Shown in pieces: positions 57,250-64,000 of a DNA stretch of 64,000 nucleotides (within the stretch, counting starts at the first letter, position 1; the number at the start of each line of letters is the position of its first letter). The notes under the pieces are model-generated. The model had not been told where the DNA came from. It was given only the letters and a program-made list of their open reading frames with translations, and searched no databases. The stretch comes from an uncultured Bacteroidota bacterium (GTDB lineage: Bacteria; Bacteroidota; Ignavibacteria; UBA10030; UBA6906): positions 544,001-608,000 of the forward strand of contig CAVOYH010000003.1 in the NCBI GenBank assembly GCA_963700635.1. Direction: 5' to 3'. The translations under genes and the position numbers were made by a program.

Positions 57250-58239
57250 ATGAACCTTCACAAACATGGCGTTCTCCTCCGGTGCGGAGAACCGGGATCG
57301 TGGGATGCGGGTATGGTTGAATCGCCCGTCATCTGGTACGATGTGCGCCGGAATCGGTTCGGCATGGTCTACACCGGCTACGCACGACTCCGGGAGGACA
57401 TTCGCGGTTACGCTTCCGTGACCAGGCCGCAGGTGGGACTCGCCTGGTCTGAAAATCTGCTCTGCTGGCAGAAAGACTCCCGCAACCCGATTTTTGGCCC
57501 AAGCGGAATTCCCGGCACGCCCGATGAACAGGGGACACCCGGTCCATTCATCCATCAGGAGGCGGATCAGTACTTCCTCTTTTACTTCGGAACAACACAT
57601 CCGGGGTATGAGAAGGGTGTGAAGTCCCTGAACCTGTCAACGTCGACGGACCTTGTGCACTGGAACCGATTTGAAAAGAACCCGATCATATCACCCCGGG
57701 GTCATGGATGGCGCAAAGATGCGATATGGCATCCGAACGTTATTAAAGTGGACGGCCGTTATTTTCTGTTCTTCAATGCTTCAGGACTCGTTGACGGAGT
57801 CGAGGAAGAATACATAGGGCATGCGACATCCCGCGATCTTTTTCACTGGGATGTCCAGGACGCGGACGCACCACTCATTGTGGGAAGCAGAATTCCGGGA
57901 GCGTGGGATTCAAGAGGGCGAACAGGTGACCCGAGTGTGTTCCGAGTTGGCAATCGCTGGTTTATGGCCTACTACAGTTGGGACGGGAAACATGCTCAGG
58001 ATGGGCTCGCGTGGACGTCTCCGGACAAGTTTCCTCTTGGATGGAGGCCGCTCATTGACAATCCCGTCCTGCGTACTGGTCCGCCCGGAACCTTCGACGC
58101 CCTCCACGCAGCAAAACCGTTTGTCGTTATTCACGGCGACACATACTATCACTATTATACGGCAGTTGCCGAGGATGAAACCCGGGAGATCGCACTGGCG
58201 ACGGTCCCGGTAACGGAGCTTGCCGAGATCCTTGCGTGA
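57250..58239 (+). CDS. cytoplasmic five-bladed beta-propeller glycoside hydrolase-like protein
   Basis: Five blades: GEPGSWDAGMVESP, GTPDEQGTPGP, GWRKDAIWHP, GAWDSRGRTGDP and GTFDALHAAKP. No signal peptide from ATG 57250. Confidence 0.75.
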   Translation: MNLHKHGVLLRCGEPGSWDAGMVESPVIWYDVRRNRFGMVYTGYARLREDIRGYASVTRPQVGLAWSENLLCWQKDSRNPIFGPSGIPGTPDEQGTPGPFIHQEADQYFLFYFGTTHPGYEKGVKSLNLSTSTDLVHWNRFEKNPIISPRGHGWRKDAIWHPNVIKVDGRYFLFFNASGLVDGVEEEYIGHATSRDLFHWDVQDADAPLIVGSRIPGAWDSRGRTGDPSVFRVGNRWFMAYYSWDGKHAQDGLAWTSPDKFPLGWRPLIDNPVLRTGPPGTFDALHAAKPFVVIHGDTYYHYYTAVAEDETREIALATVPVTELAEILA

Positions 58240-58319
58240 CGGGTCTTCGTGCTTGCAACCCACGCAGGGGGGGGCACGGAAACCGCCCCATGTTGTTCTA
58301 CAGACACTACGTTGAGACC

Positions 58320-60076
58320 ATGATGAATCGTATTGCCCAGCACGTCCGTTGTATCACCGTGTTCACACTCATCGCATTTGCCGGCTGCGCGCCGGAGATC
58401 CGGGTGCCCGCGGTCTCTGCCGACGTGCTGCCTGCTTCCTGGGAGTTCCTGCAGGATGAACCGGCGGCCACAGGCACGAGGGGTATGATTGCCAGTGATG
58501 CTCCGCTCGCGTCTGAAACGGGCATCATGATTCTCCGGCGGGGTGGAAACGCAATCGATGCCGCAGTCGCTACGGCGTTTGCCCTTGCCGTTGTCATGCC
58601 GGAAGCCGGAAACATCGGAGGGGGAGGATTCCTTGTCCTGCGGATGCACGATGGCACGGCCGCCGCTCTGGACTTTCGTGAAAAAGCTCCTCTGGCCGCC
58701 CGGCGTGATATGTATCTTGACGCGGACGGAAAATCCACTGATCACTCCATTACGGGGCATCTCGCGGCCGGGGTACCCGGGAGTGTCGCAGGTCTTTTTG
58801 AGGCGCACCGTCGGTTCGGCCGGCTTCCATGGCGCCAGGTTGTTGAACCGGCCATTGATCTTGCGGACAAGGGTTTCGTCGTAACACGCGATTTCGCAGG
58901 GTCCGTGAGGGCAGACTCCTTGCGACTTGCCCGATATCCAGCATCCGCAGCCCTCTTTTACCTGACGGCCATCCCCCGCGGGAAGGAAGTTTGTGGAAGA
59001 ATCCGGATCTCGGACGGACTCTTCGGAGGATCGCCGAAGATGGTCCGGCTGGCTTCTATGATGGCACAACCGCAGACCTGATCAACGCCGAGATGCACCG
59101 CGGGCACGGTATTGTAACCTCAGCGGATCTGAAGGCATACACGGCCCAATGGCGCACGCCGATCCGGTCAACATACCGTCATCACACGATCATCTCCATG
59201 CCGCCCCCATCTTCCGGCGGAATATGCGTCGCGCTGATTGCCAACATTTTAGAAGCCTATGACCTTCGCGGCATGGGCTGGCACTCTGCGGAGGCCATAC
59301 ATCTTGCCGTTGAAGCGATGCGGCGTGCATTCGCTGACAGAAATCACTTTCTCGGCGACCCTGATTTTGTCCGCTTTCCTCAGGACGCCCTTCTCTCCGT
59401 AGAGTACGCGCAGAAGAGAAGGGAAACAATGTACGCCACCAGGGCAACCCCCTCAGCCGACGTTGCCCATGGTACGCCAACACCACGGAATGAGAATATC
59501 CACACAACACATTTCTCTGTTGCCGATAGCGCGGGAAATGTTGTGGCGTTGACCACAACAGTGAACCATGGCTTTGGATCTGCGGTCACAGTCGCCGGCG
59601 CGGGGTTTCTCCTGAACAACGAGATGGATGATTTTGCAGCAAAGCCCGGTAGTCCCAACGCATTTGGTCTTGTTCAGGGCGAAGCCAATGCCATCGCCCC
59701 CGGAAAGCGTATTCTTTCATCCATGAGTCCAACGATCGTGGTTGACCCAAACGGGAAGCCACTTCTGATTACCGGGGCGAGCGGCGGACCCCGGATTATC
59801 ACCGCGGTGTTTCAGGTTATTTCAAATGTCGTGGACTACGGGGCGGACATTACCTTTGCGGTGACAGCGCCACGGTATCATCATCAGCACCTTCCCGATA
59901 CGGTGCTTCTCGAGCAGGGCGGGTTTCCGCTCGAGCGCACTATTGCACTCCAGCGGATGGGACATGCCACAAAACAGATTCACCGTCTGGCAGTCGCTCC
60001 GTCGATTCTGCAAAAACAGGGGATGTGGCGCGGCAGAGCAGACCCCCGGACCGGGGGAGCGGCCATCGGATACTGA
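58320..60076 (+). pseudogene. ggt: gamma-glutamyltransferase (lipoprotein) interrupted by a single-base frameshift at about 58956-58960 (pseudogene or sequencing error)
   Basis: The 5' frame has lipobox FAG|C, GGNAIDAAVA, GNIGGGGF and LDFREKAP. The 3' frame has PPPSSGG, catalytic HTTHFSV, LNNEMDDF, PGKRILSSMSP and GASGGPRI. Adding one T to the T4 run (58956-58959) gives a continuous ...AALFLPDGHPPREGSLWKNPDL... Confidence 0.9.
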
Positions 60077-60215
60077 CCATGTGCATACCGGTGCCCGCTA
60101 CGGTCTCTCCCCGTCATTCCACGGAACCGGAACTGTTGTACAGGAAAAGAACAAGATCAGCTCGCCCCGAAACCCCCAAAAGGGCCTGCGAAATTTACCG
60201 AGAGGAGTGTGTCGC

Positions 60216-60740
60216 ATGTTCTGGATTACCATCGTCCGTGATTTTATCAAGATCCTGCGGGAGGGGCAGACTCCGGCCCAGGTTGCCGGAGGATTCGCGC
60301 TCGGGTCCATCCTTGGACTCTCGCCCGTCTTCACGCTTCAGGGTATTGTGATCTGGTTGATCATTCTCGTCCTGAATGTCAACTTGTCCGCAGCCCTGCT
60401 GGCGCTGACAGTGTTCAGTCTGTTCGCGTTTTTGCTTGACCCCGTATTCCATTATGTCGGATATCAGGCACTCGTGAACATTGAGATGTTGCAGGGTCTC
60501 TGGACCTCGATGTATAATGCACCCATCGCCCCGTTGACGCGCTTCAATAACACGGTGGTCCTGGGAAGTTTTGTAAGCGCGCTGGTGCTGTTCGTGCCGG
60601 TGTATTGGGGCATGAAACGATTTGTGCTCGCGTACCGCGCTTCAGTGGGAAAAAAGATCGCGCAGTGGAAGGTGTACCAGGTTATCAAGAAGAGTGCCCT
60701 GGTACAATGGTACGAAAAATTACGCGATCTCGGAGGATGA
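60216..60740 (+). CDS. TIGR03546-family membrane protein
   Basis: ATG 60216 with GAGGAG SD. TP.Q.A.GFALG.ILGL.P, N...ALL, LDP.FH..G..L and LTRFNNTVVLGSF. Confidence 0.8.
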   Translation: MFWITIVRDFIKILREGQTPAQVAGGFALGSILGLSPVFTLQGIVIWLIILVLNVNLSAALLALTVFSLFAFLLDPVFHYVGYQALVNIEMLQGLWTSMYNAPIAPLTRFNNTVVLGSFVSALVLFVPVYWGMKRFVLAYRASVGKKIAQWKVYQVIKKSALVQWYEKLRDLGG

Positions 60741-60743
60741 CCG

Positions 60744-62600
60744 ATGAGAAAGAACTTTGTCTACTTCGTCCTGATACCATTGCTGGTACTTGTTGCTGTG
60801 CTCTACTTCTTTCTCGACGGCTGGATTGAGGCTGGACTTGAGTATGGAGGTGAGCGAGTAACCGGCGCCCGTGTGGAGATCGACGGTCTTTCGCTGTCAC
60901 TGTCTCCTCTGGGTATCGAATTCGCCCGCATGCAGGTTGCCAATCCGGATAATCCCTGGTTTAATCTCTTTGAAACCCGCACGGTCCGGCTCCGGATGGA
61001 CGCCGGTCAGCTCTTGCGGGGGAAATACATCATTGAGACCGCCGAAGTTCAAGATTTTATCGTCGGAACCAGGCGCTCGACCGACGGTTCGCTCCCGGGG
61101 CAAAGCGAGAAATCGAGGGCGGCCGGGGATCGTAATTCCTTCACGACTCTTGCAGAAAGGGTCCTGGCACAGAATGTCGAAAAGACTCCCATCTTCGATC
61201 CTGCGATCCTGCGAAAGGGGTTGAACATCGACAGTTTGATCAAGGCTGTCGATCTGCGCTCCATCTCACACATCGAAACTCTCAAAACACGGGTTACAGT
61301 GGCCGCGGGGCAATGGCAAGTGTCGCTTGCGGATGTGGAAAAGACCAAATCGCGGCTTGCCCTCATGGACTCCAGCGTCCGCTCGATCGATCCTTCGACC
61401 CTGAAAGACGTTGCCTCCATCACGTCGGCAATCAGGACCGTTGATGAGACACGCAAAGGGGTCAATGATATTCTCACCACCTACACCACCAGGCGGGATG
61501 CGATCACCGCTGACATGCAGCAGATCTCCACGGCCGTTGCCGCGATCGACGATATCGCTGCTGAAGACTATCGGAAGTTGCTCAGACTTGCGAGGCTGCC
61601 CGACATCAATGCAATCGGCATCGCCGAAGCATTGGTCGGCAACCAGCTCCTGCATGAAGTGAAGACCTATCTCTCGTACGCAGATCTCGCCCGCGAAAAG
61701 ATCCAGAACTATTCGTCAAGACCGGAGATGGCAAAACCTCCCCGGATGGAAGGCCAGGATATCCATTTCCCTGTGGATCGGGCCTATCCCAAATTCTGGA
61801 TCAAGGAAATTAGCGCCTCAGGGGGCACGGACAGGAAACAGAATCCCGAGTTCTTCTACCTGCGCGGAAAAGTGCTGAACGTGTCCAGCAACCAACGTGT
61901 AACGCGTCTGCCCATGACCATCGATCTGAAGGGGACACGCGGAACGACAGTCGCGGCGACATTTACGGCGTTGTTTGACCGGACCCGCGAGACACCACGG
62001 GACGAATACAAGGCCGATATTACCGGCGTCCCTCTCGCATCCTTCGCCATCGGTCGTCCGGATTTTCTCCCGGGCACGATCACGGGGGCAACCCTGGGCA
62101 CCGCGATCGCCGTGAGCATCCCGGGGCGCGGATTTGATGCGCGCACCGACCTGGGTTTCCGGAACATGTCTATTTCCTATGCCGCGGCTCCTGCGAACAC
62201 GGGAGAGCGGCTGGCGCGGGATGTGCTGGATGGAGTGAGAGGTTTTAACGTCACCCTGCGCCTCTGGAACAGTGCGGAGGGTTTCAAGTCAGCACTGGCC
62301 ACCGATCTGGACGAACAATTTGCGGCACGGATAAAAGCGGTCCTCGGTGCAGAGTTAACAAGACTCCAGGCTGAGCTACGTGCAAAAGTAAATACCATCA
62401 TTAACGCCAAGCGGCGGGAATTTGAGGCACTCTACTCGGCGAAACGGTCGGAAGTGGAAAGGCGCCTCGCCGAGTATCAGGCGATCGTCACGGAAAATGT
62501 TGCTCTGATCGAGGGAAAAAAGAATGAGCTGGAGCAGAGACTGGAGAAGGAGAAAAGGGGGAAGGTTGATGATGCGGTGAAGAAAATCTTTAAACGATAA
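60744..62600 (+). CDS. TIGR03545-family protein (N-terminal TM, AsmA-like beta segments, helical inserts)
   Basis: TM anchor, GARVEI..L.LSL, QVANP.NP..NLFE, G..I.FP...YPKFWIK and a C-terminal coiled coil. Starts 3 nt after the TIGR03546 gene, its usual partner. Confidence 0.75.
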   Translation: MRKNFVYFVLIPLLVLVAVLYFFLDGWIEAGLEYGGERVTGARVEIDGLSLSLSPLGIEFARMQVANPDNPWFNLFETRTVRLRMDAGQLLRGKYIIETAEVQDFIVGTRRSTDGSLPGQSEKSRAAGDRNSFTTLAERVLAQNVEKTPIFDPAILRKGLNIDSLIKAVDLRSISHIETLKTRVTVAAGQWQVSLADVEKTKSRLALMDSSVRSIDPSTLKDVASITSAIRTVDETRKGVNDILTTYTTRRDAITADMQQISTAVAAIDDIAAEDYRKLLRLARLPDINAIGIAEALVGNQLLHEVKTYLSYADLAREKIQNYSSRPEMAKPPRMEGQDIHFPVDRAYPKFWIKEISASGGTDRKQNPEFFYLRGKVLNVSSNQRVTRLPMTIDLKGTRGTTVAATFTALFDRTRETPRDEYKADITGVPLASFAIGRPDFLPGTITGATLGTAIAVSIPGRGFDARTDLGFRNMSISYAAAPANTGERLARDVLDGVRGFNVTLRLWNSAEGFKSALATDLDEQFAARIKAVLGAELTRLQAELRAKVNTIINAKRREFEALYSAKRSEVERRLAEYQAIVTENVALIEGKKNELEQRLEKEKRGKVDDAVKKIFKR

Positions 62601-62610
62601 CGGAAGAAGA

Positions 62611-64000
62611 TCACAACCTCTGGAGAGTAGTATTACACTCTGCTATCACTCTCCGAATCACTGCGACCGCATCGGAGGCCTGACGCGCCAGATCTCCCAG
62701 GCGCTCGGTCTCTGTTCCTCCTCCCAGTAATGCGAGTATTTCCGGGAGGACCGAGCGAATCACCACTGTCGCATTACACAACTGCGTCCCGGCACCTGCA
62801 AGAGGGGAAAAGGTTTCGACGCACGATGGGTCTGATTCCAGCATGGTAAACAGAGAACTGATGAAGAGCAGCCGGGCCGCCACGACCTGCTCGAATTCCT
62901 CAGCGGTGAGACGGAATCGTTGCAAGGGTAGTGCGGCATCACCGGCCGGTGCACCTCCCCGGATCTGAAGCGTCTCCAGATTCTCAACAAACATCCCCAA
63001 CCGGTTCAGAATTACCGATCCGCTTTCTCCATGTTCCAGCACCGCGATTTCCTGGCGGAGCTTCTCCACAGCTTTGCTCCGGACATTTTTCTGGAATTCC
63101 TCTTCGGTTCTTTTCCGGTCGGTAATATCATGCAGGACACCCTGAATTCTCCCATCGGACAGGCCGCGGGCACAGACCTCGACATGAACGGTCCGTGCAT
63201 CACGCCGCGCCAAACGGTGTTCTCCCCACACACTCTGACCCTTTTGGATACACCCGGTGCAGAACAGCCTGTCGCCCGACGGGTCGGCATTGAGTAATGT
63301 GGCGATGTTCATAAACAGCAGTTCCTCACGCGTATATCCCGCCAACTCACACATCCGTGAGTTCACGGTGAGAATAGCCCCCAACCTGTCAGTGATAACA
63401 ATTGCCTCGTCGGCCTGTTCCATCAACATCCGGAATTCCAGCTCACGGTGGTAAAGCGCTTCGCGGGCCGCCTCACGATCTGTAATGTCGGTAAACGCAT
63501 GGACAAACCCCGTCCAGTTGCCCTGCGAATCCACCATCAGATTTGATTTGAATGCGATCCTGCGCGTCGTGTCATCCCGCGCCATCAGCAGATCGGGATC
63601 GCGCACACGATAGACAGTCGTCAGATCCTTGCCGACAGCTTCATCCTGCGACCAGCCGGTCATGGTTTCCGCCACGGGATTCATAAACCGGATATGGCCG
63701 TCATCGCCCGTGACGATGACTCCATCCCCGATACTGTTCAGCGTCGTTGCGAGGAGCTGCTTCTGCTCGTAGAGTGTCTGTTCGAGTTTGTGGCGGAGGA
63801 GGGCGATTTCAATAGCGGCGTGTAACTCGGGTTCCTCAAAGGGCTTGAGGATGTACGCAAACGGCTCCGTGAGGCGAATCCGCGAAATTAACTCCTGATC
63901 CGCATACGCCGTGATAAAGACCACGGGGATGCGGAAATTCTCCCGGATTCTCGCCGCAGCTTCAACTCCGTCAATTCCCGACCCCAGGTGCACGTCCATC
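62611..64000 (-). CDS. REC-PAS-PAS signalling protein, 5'-truncated by the window edge; C-terminal helical domain without a recognisable HATPase
   Basis: MDV.L...DG..AA, IPVVFITAY and PFAYILKPF (receiver; its true start lies outside the window). Two PAS domains: SIGDGVIVT...FMNPVAE.MTGW and ADEAIVITD..G.I..VN...ELAGY. Confidence 0.8.
   Translation of the reverse strand, partial: MDVHLGSGIDGVEAAARIRENFRIPVVFITAYADQELISRIRLTEPFAYILKPFEEPELHAAIEIALLRHKLEQTLYEQKQLLATTLNSIGDGVIVTGDDGHIRFMNPVAETMTGWSQDEAVGKDLTTVYRVRDPDLLMARDDTTRRIAFKSNLMVDSQGNWTGFVHAFTDITDREAAREALYHRELEFRMLMEQADEAIVITDRLGAILTVNSRMCELAGYTREELLFMNIATLLNADPSGDRLFCTGCIQKGQSVWGEHRLARRDARTVHVEVCARGLSDGRIQGVLHDITDRKRTEEEFQKNVRSKAVEKLRQEIAVLEHGESGSVILNRLGMFVENLETLQIRGGAPAGDAALPLQRFRLTAEEFEQVVAARLLFISSLFTMLESDPSCVETFSPLAGAGTQLCNATVVIRSVLPEILALLGGGTETERLGDLARQASDAVAVIRRVIAECNTTLQRL

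Noticed and set aside
58991-60076. GGT as a naturally split two-gene enzyme, or a programmed frameshift
   Set aside because: The break is inside the large subunit rather than at the autocleavage Thr, the second part has no signal peptide, and there is no canonical slippery site.
1-64000. tRNA, rRNA, riboswitch, CRISPR, IS, prophage or anti-phage defence systems
   Set aside because: Intergenic gaps are all under about 170 nt with no cloverleaf, direct-repeat array or recognisable riboswitch, and I recognised no integrase, transposase, phage or defence proteins. An Infernal/Rfam scan would be needed to exclude small RNAs.

Overview
A dense, about 57% GC (estimated by eye), all-protein-coding chromosomal window with about 47 CDS. 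I found no tRNA, rRNA, CRISPR array, IS element, integrase or prophage. Several features point to a Bacteroidota/Chlorobi-Ignavibacteria-type bacterium (inference): a Bacteroidota-type GlmU, GxGYxYP proteins, DUF4905, a T9SS-CTD-like tail and signal peptides followed by Gln. The main blocks are: (1) a FrlA-like APC permease coupled to a YtcJ-like amidohydrolase that the ORF track missed; (2) a long minus-strand run radA-deaminase-rdgB-DUF4905-FadF-like, then DUF4203-gluzincin-rhomboid-UroD-like-2x GxGYxYP-beta-propeller glycosidase; (3) a TPAT (TatT/TatP/Q/M) TRAP transporter divergent from an OmpR-type two-component system; (4) an envelope-biogenesis cluster ppiD-OMP-MTase-aroK-rfaE1-rfaE2-tamB-rnr-(metallopeptidase/propeller/Omp85), divergent from secD-secF-STAS and purA; (5) a thioesterase-pseudokinase-M14-M16-M16-UDG run; (6) a second propeller glycosidase, a frameshifted GGT, the TIGR03546/TIGR03545 pair and a partial REC-PAS-PAS protein. 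The best candidates for undescribed systems are a TamB co-located with a POTRA-less protease-propeller-Omp85, the UroD-like/GxGYxYP/gluzincin/rhomboid operon, a membrane-anchored pseudokinase and the TIGR03545/6 pair. A consistent TTGCnn-N17-TAnnnT promoter consensus can be read directly from the sequence, with some probable leaderless mRNAs. All family assignments come from motif recognition, not database searches.
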